Numbered from the whole stretch's first letter, positions 23,954 through 38,409 are shown. The stretch: 62,377 bases of DNA, filler included, from Pirum gemmata (GCA_002812295.1; 19 parts of 19 records of this genome joined end to end with filler, not necessarily neighbours in it), one strand, 5' to 3'. Notes: generated from the letters alone by a model not told the origin. Program-made: numbers and translations.

Positions 23954-25912
23954 CATTATTTCTGTTACTGTTATTTTATGAATTTTATTATTCATTTATT
24001 ATTATTATTATTGTTCGTTTAGTACTTTTGCTTAAAATTGGACTATCATTTTAATAGTAATTTTAATTTATTACATTAGTAGTCACCATCTATGTTTTCA
24101 GTAATGTCATTATCGTAATTAACACTGTCACTGTCACTGTCACTCTCACAATCTCCAATTTGTTACTTGCAATACCTGTTGTATTTTTTTATTTTCATTT
24201 TCATTTCTATTTCTGTTTCTGTTGTTCTTTTTGATCTTTAGGGGTAATTTAACAATGGCATTAATCCGTATTCATCTCCATAATTATAAGACAATATACA
24301 AAAAAGTACTCAGCATTAAATTTTAAACCAGCAACCCAATTTTTCAGTGTAAAATTGTTTTTTATTTTATTTTTATTTTTTTTGAATTAAAATAATTTAT
24401 AACAGGAATTTGCGAAAAGTAGTCAATATTGTCATTTTTATGAAGATTTAGGCCAGGCGTTAAACTTATGTCTGCCCAATTTGAAAAAAGTATCACAAAA
24501 AGAAAATACTCACGATCACACTTCTGACCTGTGCAAAGAACTGGTTACAACGGTCAGAAATTTATTGCAAAAGCTCGAAACTAAACAAAATCACGATCTG
24601 TTTGGTTGTTTATTTTATGGTATAGTTAAATCAAACAAGCCGAGCGGATTATGGTGGTCTGGGCTCGGTGACTTTTGTGTGGATTCTATTTTGAATTATG
24701 AAAATTTCGAAAAACAGAGTGTGTATGGTATTTCTGATTTCGATTTTTTGTATTATGGACGTTTAAAAATGTTAAGTTGGGCGATACAATCTGGTACTTA
24801 CCAAATACAAGAAAATTTAGCAGAGTTAAGTTGTTTTGCACTACGTTTTTTTAGGTAAATATATGTGAACTTATTATTTTTATTATTATTTAATAAAAAT
24901 AAAAATAATGATACAAATACAAATGCAGTGGGGGGGGTTATCTAAAAGTTTTGGTGTTAATGTTATTGTTGATATTATCACTGATACTATTTATTCTTTT
25001 TTTAACCAAGTATCATAAATATGTCCTCTCTGTTTACTTCACGGCTTACTTTTTTTCATTTGGGGTTTCAGCTTATCGTAGGATTGCCTGTGTATCCCTT
25101 CTTTTAAATTTTAAATATCCCTCACCTAACTTATTCAATTTCGCTCTCATATAATTCAGGTACTTAGACTCTCATTTAAACGGAGAAAGAGAGGTTACGT
25201 TGGATGTTCACGATCGTATTCAACTACAGCATTCTTATCTTTTTGGAGAAGAAGCTCCAGGGGTTACATGCTGGGGTGAGGCGTTTATGTTTGCATTGTT
25301 AATATGTAAGGCCATGGATGACGAGGAAGGTTTGATATCATTAAGTGACGATGCTGATAAAATACTCAAAGAAACGGAAAAAACTGTGACTCCAACTAGT
25401 TTGGGTATAGTGAAGTCTTGCTTATTGATAGTGGGATTTATTCCTCTCTTAATGCCTTCATTACTCTCTAAAATTGTGGACATATTTAATTCAGTGCTAT
25501 GGTTGAATGAGGATGAGCGCATTTTAGAAGAGATGGTAATCGGGCTTTTAAATACTTTGACAAAGTGCAATGGGAATTGTGATGACAAGAATGTCGAGCG
25601 ACAACCATGGTGGGAGTTCTTGATTCCTGGTACTTTATTGCAACCGGCTATATTTTTCACTAAAAATACTTTGGCTTTCAAAACTACCCGCAAAGCTCGT
25701 GCCCACTCGACCACATTATTTTTATCGAGAAAGCAAATAGACCAAATAGACCAAAGTAAAAAAAGTAAACAACAACAACAACAACAACTAGAAAAAGAAA
25801 GAAGTAAATATTTTTATTATGATGCGAAAGCTTCTCAAAATTTTATGGAGCTAATTGCTCCTTCTTTACACGCTGATGTAGAGAATCACCCTGAAGGTTC
25901 AAAAATGGCAAG
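23648..25912 (+). CDS. Internal exons of a large uncharacterised helical protein
   Basis: Exons 23648-23893, 24406-24854 and 25160-25912 join in phase (0, 2) through GT-AG introns without stops. Confidence 0.8.
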
Positions 25913-27352
25913 GTAAAAATACTATTATTCATTCTTTATTTTTTTTCCAGTTTTTTTTTTTTTTTTCCTTTTTTTTTTTTATTATTATTTTTTTTTTTTT
26001 TTTTTTNNNNNNNNNNNNNNNNNNNNNNNNNNNNNNNNNNNNNNNNNNNNTTAATTAATTAANNNNNNNNNNNNNNNNNNNNNNNNNNNNNNNNNNNNNN
26101 NNNNNNAAAAAAAAAAAATGAATTTTAAAAATTATATTTCATTTTATTGAATATATATTTTTTATATTTCTTTAATATTATAAATAATATAAACATAGTT
26201 TTAAACTATAAATCTTTTTTGTTATTATTGCGATAGTTTTTTTGTTATTATTATAGTTATGTAGTTATTAAATTTTGTTTTATAATATATTTGTTTTATT
26301 ATCTTTTTTTATTTATATATTTGACTTAGATATTTTGTTTTTTTTATTTTTATCATTTTTATTATTATTTTCATTATTATTGTTATCATTTTTATTATAG
26401 AATACCAAAACTACAATTTTCTAGATTTACTAGTAACAACAAAAACCTTTTATTAACATAGGTCATACCGACTAATCTAAAGCAAGGACAAGATTAATAA
26501 AATTATAACAACAACAACAGCAAAAATAACAAACGCAGCAATAACCATAAGAACAGCAGTCACAACATTACAAAACAAAGACGCTGATATTATATCATAT
26601 GAAAAAAAAGTTTTGGTTCGGAAACAGTTTTCAAAAAAAAAAAATTTTGGTTCGGCTATTTTGTTTTTTTTTTTTTGTTTGAGTTTGGAAAATACCCACT
26701 AAAATTTTGTTTTGGTTCGGAAATTTGATTTTTTTTTTTNTTTGGAAATTTTATTTTTATTTTTTGTTTGAGTTTGGCTATTTTTTTAGAAGTTGATTTT
26801 TGGTTTGGCTAATTTTTCAGAAAACGATTTAACGTTCGGAATGTTTTTTTAGGGGTGATCTGGGGCCCCTAGATTTCAATTTTGACCACTATTTTAGGGT
26901 TTAAAGGCATACTAATTTTTCCAATTAGATTGAGATAAAATGTGTCTAGAACTTGTCTAGAATAGTCTAGCTAGAAATCTAGTCTAGATTTCAATTTTTT
27001 TAAAACCAAGTCTTTTTAGATTTTTTTAGGGCTGTAATATGGGCCTCTTATATGGGGATCAAAAGCATATTATAGACTATATTCTATTATTTTCATAGTG
27101 AAAGACTGCAACTATAAGACTGTTAGTATCATAACAACTGAGTAATAATAATATAATAATAATAATAATAATAATATATAGACCACTAATTGATACCCCG
27201 TTAGTTCTAGACTTGTTAGTTGTTAGTTTTAAGCCTCTAAACTAACAAAACAGACCTCCGGATGGGCTTCTAGCTAGTAGTTAGTCTATCCTACTAATAG
27301 GCACCAAAACTAACAAAATAAGCTATAGAGAACCTAAACTACCCTATTTAGA

Positions 27353-27453
27353 CCCTAACCCTAACCCTAACCCTAACCCTAACCCTAACCCTAACCCTAA
27401 CCCTAACCCTAACCCTAACCCTAACCCTAACCCTAACCCTAACCCTAACCCTA
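27353..27453 (-). repeat. (CCCTAA)n interstitial array
   Basis: Directly visible. Confidence 0.9.
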
Positions 27454-27463
27454 AGTAATANTA

Positions 27464-27600
27464 GTGCTTTTCAGTTGGTTTGTCATCATAAAATATACAA
27501 TAAATAGTACCAAATTGATATAATATAAATCCATTAATTTAATTTGGTATATTTTATTATCTATATAAATATTCAGAGTGACAAAATAAATGAAAAGCAC
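27464..27600. mobile_element. MITE family A, internally deleted copy (TIR GTGCTTTTCA...TGAAAAGCAC)
   Basis: TIRs plus the conserved interior CATAAAATATACAATAAATAGTACCAAATT. Confidence 0.8.
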
Positions 27601-28972
27601 GATAATAATAATAATAATATATAGACCACTAATTGATACCCTGTTAGTTCTAGACTTGTCAGTTGTTACTTGTTAGTTTTAAGCCTCTAAACTAACAAAA
27701 GAGACCCCAGATGGGCTTCTAGTAGTTACTCTATCCTACTAATAGGCACCAAAAATAACAAAATAAGGGTTAGGGTCTATAAAGTGACGTCATTATGACG
27801 TTTCCTCTCCGAACCTAAAAGAAAAAGTGGAAAAATTAGCCAAACCAAAAAAAAAAAAGAAAAAATCAGCCAAACTAAAAAAACCGCTCTTCAAGAAAAT
27901 CCAAACCAAAATCCTGTGTGTTTTTTTATTAGCCAAACCAAAAAATCGTTTTACAGAAAAAAATCCAAACCAAAAAAATAAAATCGAAAAAAAAATCCGA
28001 ACCAAAAATCAAAATTTTCAAAAAAAATCCAAACCAAAAACAGTTGTGTATAAAAAAAATCCGAACCAAAAACAGTTGGGTATAAAAAAAATCCAAACCA
28101 TAAAAAAAAATATGATTTTTTTTCCAAACTAAATCTACCCCTCCAAAAAAATTTCCGAACCAAAACTTTTTTTTTCATATCATAAAAAAAAGAAAATCTA
28201 AAAAAATTGGATTTAGCTTCTTGTAGGATTTCTCAAAATAAAGTATAATACCAATGTATAGTATTATACTGTATTATATAATTATTATAAGCAATTGTAT
28301 TTTGCTTTTGTTTATGATATAAGTTTTAATCTGAAGTTTTTTTTTTTAAATTGATTTGATATTGTCATTTGAATTTGGTTTTAGCTTGTTGTATTTTTCA
28401 TAATAAAGTGTAATAGGCTAATACCAATTAGTATTATATTATATAATAAGCAATAATTGTATTTTGCTTTTGTGATAGAAATAATGGTGGGAATCCTTTT
28501 TAGATTCAGCCTGAAATCGTATTACAAATATAGAAGCCCTACCAGCCCTAACGTATCCCAGTAACTTATCCTATATAGTTTTATATTACTAAAAAAAAAA
28601 ACATTATAATTGGTTGGAAAGTAACCAAATAAGAATTCTACTTCCAACAATGTTATTAAAAAACAAATGGCTTGTTTACTGCTTATTTGCTGATTTGAAA
28701 TTGGTAATAAATTCATATCTCGAATGCGGTTATGTGGGGCCAATGCGTGCAGGGGGTATCCGGGGTAGAATATTATATTTTTGTTTTTTAAAAAATGCAA
28801 CAGTAGCATTTAAAATACCCCACCCCTCCAAATACTCAGTATTCCCATTTGTTTTATGTGTTTGGACTCTAGCGTAGCCTCTAGCTCTAGTAGCTACTAG
28901 CATTAGTCTATCGTACATTTCAGTTTTGTCATCATAAAATATACAATAAAGAGTACCAAGTATATTTTATAA

Positions 28973-29033
<61 letters not shown>

Positions 29034-29243
29034 TTTTTTAAAAGTATCAATTTAAATATTNNNNNNNNNNNNNNNNNNNNNNNNNNNNNNNNNNNNNNNN
29101 NNNNTTAATTAATTAANNNNNNNNNNNNNNNNNNNNNNNNNNNNNNNNNNNNNNNNNNNNAAAAAAAAAATTATAAAAAAAAATAATAGTATAGAATAAT
29201 ATAATAATAATAATAGCAAAAATAAAAATAAACATACTGAAAT

Positions 29244-29274
<31 letters not shown>

Positions 29275-29968
29275 TTAATTTAATCATTGAGCTACAACGT
29301 AATACCTACAAGAATAAATTATATAAATCAAATACCGAATGTTCTTAATAGCTAATGTTGTTGAAATATTAACAAAAGCAATTACTGTAATATCTTGTTA
29401 TTGTTCTTGTGATACATTACGACTGAAATAGTATATAATAATATATATAATAATAATAATAATGACTATAATGAATAATAAGAATAATTTTTTTTCGTAA
29501 AAAAAAATACTGAGGTTCCAGACTGTTAAATTTAATTATCGAGCTACGAGCTACAATACAATAAAATAAACAAAAATAAAACACACTATTATACAATACA
29601 ATACTGAATATTGTTGTTAGAGTGTACGTAAACAATTAAATTTTGTGTGCATTTAATATTTTGTTGAAAACTAGACTATTATTGTAACATTTTACGACTA
29701 CAATAGCGAAATAACAATAATAATAATTAAAAGTCCTTATGAAAATAAAAATAGCTCATTCTAATTCTAACTGCTCCTTTTTTTTAATGATAATAGTAAT
29801 TATTAATTGATTTTGATTAATATATATAATATATAATATTATATAATAATTATTATAATATGAATAAAATTTGAATTTTTTTTTTTTTTTAACTAATACT
29901 TTATTTTAAATGATCTTGATCATTTTATTTACTTGGTGTTGAATGTTTATGTAAAAACTTAAAATGTT

Positions 29969-31943
29969 TTAGGCTTGTAGTTTTTTTCTTTGCTTTGCTC
30001 CTTGGTTTTTAATATTTTTCATTTGCCCTTGAAATTGATTACTATATTTTTCTGTGGTATCAGCTCCCATACAACACATAATAGGTTCAAAAGTTTTAAA
30101 AACTTGATCGTATAAAGAAGGTTGCCCAGTGCTAAGTGTGTACTTATCTTCCCCGTTGTCTTTATAATGCATTTCTTCAGTGAAGTCCATTGTAGCAACT
30201 TTACTAGGGAAAGAACCCATTTCATTTAAATTTAGTTGTTCAATTCTGTCTAAATCATCAATAGTAAAATCCCCATCTCCAGCCAAAACAGAAAATTTTG
30301 TTGCATGCTGTATGTTTTCCATGCTTTTGTCAAAGTCAGACTCTGAGCTTGATAACTCTTCACTGCTTTCGTGTGAGTTAAAGTAATCACAGTCGTCTTG
30401 TTTGACAATAATATCTTTGTTTTTTTCAAGCATAGGTCGTAAAACAGTATACCACATAGTTAATTCCATATCAGCGTCAAATGTTAAATACCATTTGCTG
30501 AACTCGTTATCATCAGTAAACATTAAGGAATAACCATCGTGTGTTTCATCGTAATCGCCATCGACAACCAATTTGACTTTATTGAACATGTTGCATAAGT
30601 TCTTTTTCTCTGCTGGTTTAGCTTTGCTTTTATAACTTTCAACATCTTTATGTAATTCGATTAATCCGTTCGTGCGGACAACAACATAAAATAATTGGCC
30701 ACCTTTTTCATCATTTTTAAATACTTTTATAGAACCATGTTTCAATATGTTAGCATCCGTTATCATCATATCACTATCTATAAAATTTGAAGTTGGCTGA
30801 CTTGTTACAAACACTTTGCCTTCAACATCATCGTCTGATAGTGCCAAACTCTCAGTACTATTATTTACAAAATCCCCTTCTTCCTCCTCGCTCATGTCAA
30901 ATTCTTTCAAATAATCAGAATTAATAGGAGCAGTAATGAAACCTAGGTTAGGGCCAGAAATTTCACAAGGTTCATTGCTTTCGTTATCAGTTTTGCTTGA
31001 TTCTGCACCAGATTCGTCAGTCTCACCAGCAAAAAATGTTGAGTCCATAACTCTAGAAATTCTTTTGTTAGATGAAGAAGAACGTTTAGCTCTAACTGTT
31101 CTAGCTGGGTTTGACTCAATATCTGTGCCACTGTCGTTGTTGTCTTCTGGTAAAGTTGAAGGTAACATGGATGGCAATGCTGACATAGTTCCAGTAGATA
31201 CAAAACTAGAGCGTCCTGATTTTACATCTGCAGCCACACGTTTACTGACTCTTTTCTTCTTTTGGTTTCCTTTTACTTTGGATAAATCTAAAGGTAACAA
31301 ATAGTAATAATAATGTAATTAATAAATAAATTATAATGTAAATGTTTTTTAAAGAAAGTATAAAATATTTTTTATAGTAACTCTAGATAATATTATCTAG
31401 ACAAAAAAAAAAAACTATGAAAAAGCAAAATTAAAACTAAATAGCCCTGGACAGTCCTACAGTTCTGGAACTTATAAAGCAAATACGAAGAAGGAAAATG
31501 AAACCACAATTACCTTTTTTTTCGTCTTCTTTTACTGCCGCACTATTTTGGTAGGAAGCATTGAGAGCTTCAAGAGTTTGGGCAGAATGTTCCAAAAACT
31601 CTTGCTTCGTTGCAGAAGAAAGGGAGCCACTGCCATGTTCAGGAGTACCATTTACTATTTGTGTCAAAACAGGTGTACTCATTGATGGAGTTTTGGATTT
31701 TCTTTTTCTATTTAGACTTTTCCGTTTCTTACCACCAATTAAGCTTGATTTAAATGTAGAATCCACACAATTTGGCATAACTCTTTCATACTGTACTCTT
31801 AAGACAATGTTGATTGTTTCCATAAGAAGCTTAATCCATAATTTTTTCTCGTTTTCGGATTCAGTAGTAAGCACGTAAGGTTTTGTTTCCTCCCCAGAAT
31901 AATGCGGTGTCATGTTGTATATAGTAAAAGCAAGGTTATCGCT
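29969..31943 (-). CDS. 3' exons of a protein with at least two PH-like domains
   Basis: Exons 31943-31514 and 31287-29969 join in phase 1. PH signatures: YVLTTESENEKKLWIKLL and ILKHGSIKV...YLTFDADMELTMWYTVL. Confidence 0.8.
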
Positions 31944-32050
31944 CTATTTTAAGTGGTGGATAATAAGGTAAAAAAATTAATATTTTATCTAATATGTTTT
32001 AATTAACTGATCAAGAAATATATTATGAAAATATAATAATAATTTTAATA

Positions 32051-32087
<37 letters not shown>

Positions 32088-32247
32088 TAATAGCAATAAA
32101 TAANNNNNNNNNNNNNNNNNNNNNNNNNNNNNNNNNNNNNNNNNNNNTTAATTAATTAANNNNNNNNNNNNNNNNNNNNNNNNNNNNNNNNNNNNNNNNN
32201 NNNCAATAATATAGTTTTTTTTTTGGGGGGGGGGCTTGGACAATAAT

Positions 32248-34317
32248 AACAATAATATAGTTTTTACCATTGAAAATTCCATCTCCAAGCAAATCTTCAA
32301 ATATATAGTGGAAGCGTTGGCCTTTTGTGTAGTTTTCAAAATTGTCCTTTAGAACATGACGAACAACTGCTGGATCTGAAGTTATAATGACTGATGGCTT
32401 TATATATATCAGATTAGTTTAGTTTTTTCATTAATTAATTAATTAATTGATCTAAAAATAAAGTAAATTAATATATATAATAATACAACAACACAATATG
32501 TAAAACCAAACCCAACACAAAAGTATACTACTACTACTACTACTACTACTTTTGTATATTAAAGCAAAAAAAAATAAGGATAATAATAATTAATACCCTT
32601 CCGAAAATGTTTAACTTGAAAGTTTTTCCGTAATCTTTCGTAAGTTCAAGAAGCCAGTCATTAAAAAATTCAAAATTTTTTATCACTTCCAATGTATTTC
32701 CTAGTATGGGTAGCCCTGGTACAGAAACAATACTGCCGCCCTAAAAAGGAAGGTGAAAGATATTAACAATAAGGTGCATAATTTATTATATATATGCTTT
32801 TAATAGTTGTAAATTATTAGCATTAGTATTAGTATTATTAATAGTATTAGTATAAGTAATAATATATATATATATATGCTTTTAATAGTTGTAAATTATT
32901 AGCATTAGTGGTATTAGTAATAGCATTAGTAATAGTACTAGTTAGTACTAGTATTAGTATTAGTATTAATGATAGTAATAGTATTAGTATTAATATTAGT
33001 AATAGCATTAGTAATAGTATTAGTATTAATATTAGTAATAGTATTAGTATTAGTAATATTAATAGTATTAGTATTAGTATTAGTAATACTACTAATATTA
33101 AAATATTAGTATAAGGTACATGCTTAACTGAATATTATTAAATTATTATTATTATTATTCTAAAAGCTTTATTTAAAACCTAATCTAATCATAACTGAGT
33201 ATTAAATTATATACGTAAACATTTAAAGTTAGCTTGAGTAGTATTAATATTAGTATTAGTGTTAGTATTAGTATAAGGTGCATGTTTAACCACATATTTT
33301 TAAATATTTATGATTATTTCATTATTCTAATTAAAACCTGACATAATCATAATTGTGTATTAAATTATATTCATACGTAAACGTTTAAAGTTATAATTAG
33401 CTTGAGTTAATTATTATGATTATTGTTATTAAGCAGATTGGGATTTTTTGGTACTGATACTATTATATTATATATGGTGACTCGGACCATAAACTTTCTT
33501 TAAACGCCCATATCTCCATCGTTGTTGTTACTATGAAGATGATGATTATTAAATAAACAAGATTAATAGTATAAATTAATTTAATAAGTTAATTATTTAT
33601 GTATTAATTATGTTTATGTTGAGAGTATTTTAGTATGGATTTTATTATTATAATTCAACGTATTATAAGTATAATGTACTGCAGTATAGTTCTCTTTTAA
33701 AAAAATAATCATCTATAGCAATGGAGATAATGGGCCTTTAAAGAAAGAGTCTAGGTACCTGAGTCCCCTCCCATTGGTCCATATAATAATAATAATAATA
33801 ATAAATTTAATAATTGGTTTGAAGATAAATTTTATAATATTTTAATTAATTATTTTCAATTTGAACATTTTATAATTTTGAATCCTATAGAATAAAGATT
33901 TTTTTAAAAAATAAATAAGAAATGAAATATAAATTATTCTATCAGATTAATATTATTATTGAGTTCAAATTATTCAACAACCGAAATTTCAAAATACCAT
34001 CCAGAACAAGCACAAGCACAACAAGCACAACAAACAACAAACAACAAACAACAAACAACAAACAACAAACAACAAACAACAAACAACAAAACAACAAACA
34101 ACAACAAATTGGCAGTTGAAAATTGGAAAAAGAAGGAACACAAACAAAAACATGAAATAGTCAAGGTGTTGGTTATTTTTACCTCATTGTTGTAAATATT
34201 GAAATAGCGAAACAATTGGAACATAAGTAAAAAAAACAAGGCAAACCCTGCAATTCCAACATACGACAGTGTGCATGTACAGTTTACAAAAGCAGAAAGA
34301 AAATAAAACAAAGTCAT
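32248..34317 (-). CDS. Cytochrome P450, CYP86/CYP704-clan-like, 5' three exons
   Basis: Exons 34317-34183 (TM anchor), 32740-32597 ([12 protein letters not shown]) and 32397-32248 ([21 protein letters not shown]...[11 protein letters not shown]) join in phase 0. Confidence 0.88.
33465..33790. mobile_element. Intronic TIR element in P450 intron 1
   Basis: ...CTTTCTTTAAACGCCCATATCTCCAT is inverted to ATGGAGATAATGGGCCTTTAAAGAAAG... Confidence 0.6.
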
Positions 34318-35040
34318 AGTTAAAAATTGATATTTCTTTTATTATTATTATTGAATTCGAAAATTTTTATTCTTATTATTATTGTCAGTACTAGTATTAT
34401 TATTAGTAGTAGTAGCAAAAAACAGTGTGGATTATTATTAAGTTAACAGTTATATTGTTTGTTATTAATGACTATTATATTAATTACTATTATTTATTAT
34501 TATTATTGTTGTTGTTGTTTGAAGGACAGATGGGCATGTGCAAAAACAAAGTTGTATACTTACAGACATAGTATAAAGTTATAGATTAATATTATTAGTA
34601 TTGTTACAATATTGTAATAATGTATATTATTATTATTATTATTATTATTGCTATTGTAATTGTTATTATTAATATTACTTTATTAATAGTATTTGGATTG
34701 AAAATAGTAGTTAAGGTAATTTTTGTTACAATAATTAATTATGAACTCTTCTTCTGTATGAAATAAAAGTATATATGCGAAATATAGGTATATAATTAGT
34801 AATAAGTATAATATAAGTTATTTGTTTTAGTTCTACTGTGAATTATTCCCTGGTTTAAGTTTTCAATTTCTTTTTTTAATTACTATTGTTATTATTACTA
34901 TTATCAATATATTGTTCTTATTGTTATTATTGATTGTTGTTGATTGTTATTATTATTAATAATTATCACTACAATTATTTTATTATTATTATTATAATAT
35001 ATATGTATATATGTGGTTATTATTTTATCATTATTATCAT

Positions 35041-35101
<61 letters not shown>

Positions 35102-35862
35102 TATCATTATTATCATTATCATCATTATTATAATCATTATTATCATNNNNNNNNNNNNNNNNNNNNNNNNNNNNNNNNNNNNNNNNNNNNTTAATTAATT
35201 AANNNNNNNNNNNNNNNNNNNNNNNNNNNNNNNNNNNNNNNNNNNNGGGAGGGGGGGGCTAGTAGGATTTTAAGGCTTTTAATTAATGTAAGTCTACACA
35301 CAAACCACACGTAGTTAAACAATAACAACAAAGTTAAAACATATTATAACGATACTTTAAAAAGAACAGTTCAAAATAAGAATGGCTACCCATTCACCAC
35401 AACAATAGTAAGCAAGTAAGAAAGTAACATCAGCAATAGACACAAACCAACATAGACACCACAATGATGTGATAATTTGATTAAAACTAATTTAAACAAT
35501 TTGAAATAAAATTGTTTATTTATCCACATGCACAGTTACGAGCTAGTTAATTGAACGAAAAAGATTGAACTACAACTCTTCAAAATATAGCTGTTACAAC
35601 TACTATATTAATCTCTATACTATATCTTTTGTTTGTTGTCGATTATTTGTGGTTAGTTAAATGAGTGTTAATAATTAAATGTATTCCCCAGTATATATAC
35701 TGTGCAAAAAACCCCCAACAAAAAAAGTTTTTTAAAAAAACACAATATACCATATAACTAAGAAAACAAACGCTAGAATACGAAAACAACTATTCATACG
35801 TACCTACTACTATATGTGCACGAAAATAAATTTTACAACATCTTGAGACTAGTAGATATATA

Positions 35863-36043
35863 GCGCTTTTCATTTATTTTATCACTCCGAATATTTATTT
35901 GGTTGGTTATAATATTTAAATTGATACTTTTAAATAAATAAATATATAATAAAATATAACAAATTAAATGAAATGGATTTATATTGTATTAATTTGGTAC
36001 TATTTATTGTATATTTTATGATGACAAAATCACTGAAAAGCAC
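35863..36043. mobile_element. MITE family A, full-length copy
   Basis: GCGCTTTTCATTTATTTT...ACTGAAAAGCAC, nearly identical to 55033-55213. Confidence 0.85.
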
Positions 36044-36448
36044 GATAGTTACAACATAGACCCTATGATACTTGTAACATCCATCATCATGTATTATCGA
36101 TACTATTAAATAATAATTATTGATAAATCGTTCCTAGCTAAAAATAATCTAACAAGAATATTTATCTATATCGACAGGTCTAGATAATTATCATTTTATA
36201 AATATCAAGATAGTCTAACCCTAATTATCAGGATAATGTTATGATACCAAACTGACACGATCGACATACTAAACACATGGAAGTTGATGATGGAGCTAGC
36301 TAGCTAGCTAGCTAGTAGTGATGGAGGTTCTAGAAGACTATCAGATAGCTAGTAGACTACCAGATGGTATCATAGGGTCTAGTCTAGGGGGTAGGGTCTT
36401 GGGGGTAGTCTAGGGTAGACTATCGTGTTTTTCAATAATAGTGTTGTC

Positions 36449-36555
36449 CAGCTCAAAAACTGAAATAAACGTACCAAATAACCTATATTTCGTATTTTAT
36501 TTTATAAAAAGTTTAAATTTACACTTAAACGGTGCCAAATTAAATATTGAGAAGA
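36449..36555 (+). mobile_element. Dispersed repeat family B (second copy ~48699-48851)
   Basis: AGCTCAAAAACT.AAATAAACGTACCAAA...TACACTTAAA...CCAAATTAAATATTGAGAAGA occurs in two contigs. Confidence 0.7.
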
Positions 36556-36895
36556 TATCGAGAAGATATCGATAACTTTTATATAGACTAGTTTGTCTGT
36601 CTGTCTGTCCCTCTCTGCAGTCTCTGCACTCAGTTATGGTCTGGTTGTCTATAGATACTGAAAAAAAAACAAAGATGAAAACCTTTGACGAAGAATAGTG
36701 ATGAGGAGAGGGGTTAGCAGACCCAGCTAGTTGTAGCTACTAGCTAGCTAGCTAGAGTAGCTAGCTACAACAACAACAACAACAACAACAACGACAAAAA
36801 AAAAAAAGGCAAAAAGACAATAAGAGAAAGAAATAAAAGGATCACTCGATAATTAGGCAAGAAAAAAAACAAACAAAAAATAAAAAAACAAAAAC

Positions 36896-36961
<66 letters not shown>

Positions 36962-37233
36962 ATGATAAAAGGCAGAAAAAAGATAAAGGGCTAGACTTTG
37001 TCTTGTATGTCTTTGGGGAAGATGCTCACGCTGAGATTAAAAAAATCACAGACTCATGATGGCGTCGGTATTTTTAGCCGGGATTTTTTGTTTTGCTTTA
37101 ATTTCAATTGTTTAGATTATACTCCGGAGATAACCCGGTCATTTTTTTATTTTTTTTTTTACATGCAGGGATTATTGTGTCTAATTATTAACTCTGCCCT
37201 TTTACCTTTCTCTTTTGCCCTTTTTTACTTCAT

Positions 37234-37295
<62 letters not shown>

Positions 37296-37296
37296 N

Positions 37297-37340
<44 letters not shown>

Positions 37341-37960
37341 AAAATTAATTGGAAATTAGAATCGGTATATAAGAGTCTTGCATTATTTCTCTAATTCAAA
37401 AATTATAATATATTTTTTTCTTGAAGATTGTGAAGCATATTGAGCACTAATTGATTAACAAATTCTTATAACTTTATATAACGTAATAAAATAGGTTAGT
37501 CTAAGTTATATATATATATGCATTGTATGTGCTGTAACAAAATGGCAAGCAGCCTGCCAGCCAGCCAGCCAAAACCAAAAACCCAAAAAAAGCAAACAGA
37601 AACAAAATAACAAAAAAACATAAGCAACACCTATAATAACAACCACATAAACAATAAAACGACAAGAACCAAAACCCTCAAACCATACATAAAATTAAAC
37701 CTAACCAACGAAACTTACAAAAAACCAATAACGAAACAAACAAGCAAACAATAAAACAGCTGAAGATACAAACATAGCAACAACACCAATCAACCAAAAT
37801 AAAAACTCAAAAAGATGTGACTACTAAAAAGAAATAATCAACTTTCAAAACCAAACATAAACAACAAAAAAGTATAACATAAACAACAAAAAAGTGATAA
37901 CTACTACGGATACATACTGCTTTGTTTTAATACTAATGATATGAATATTTTTGGTGTTAT

Positions 37961-37999
<39 letters not shown>

Positions 38000-38005
<6 letters not shown>

Positions 38006-38200
38006 GAACTACTACGAACTACTACTTCTACTAACTACTACTACTGCTACTACTACTACTAACTACTACGAACTACTACTAACTACTACGAACTACTACG
38101 AACTACTACTAACTACTACTAACTACTACGAACTACTACGAACTACTACGAACTACTACGAACTACTACGAACTACTACGAACTACTACGAACTACTACG
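38000..38200 (+). repeat. 10-bp minisatellite (AACTACTACG)n
   Basis: Directly visible and derived from the adjacent (ACT)n. Confidence 0.9.
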
Positions 38201-38355
38201 NNNNNNNNNNNNNNNNNNNNNNNNNNNNNNNNNNNNNNNNNNNNTTAATTAATTAANNNNNNNNNNNNNNNNNNNNNNNNNNNNNNNNNNNNNNNNNNNN
38301 GTATATATATAAATTAGATATATAAAATTGAACTTTACTTTTCGACTACTACTTA

Positions 38356-38409
<54 letters not shown>

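Larger units (their letters stand above)
26597..28180. mobile_element. Foldback-type element with inverted, internally repetitive arms
   Basis: The left end ATATGAAAAAAAAGTTTTGGTTCGGAAA is the reverse complement of the right end TTTCCGAACCAAAACTTTTTTTTTCATAT. The arms are arrays of TTTGGTTCGG and CC(G/A)AACCAAA. Confidence 0.7.

Noticed and set aside
27793..28178. Lys-rich and Phe-rich ORFs
   Set aside because: Translations of the foldback arm repeats.
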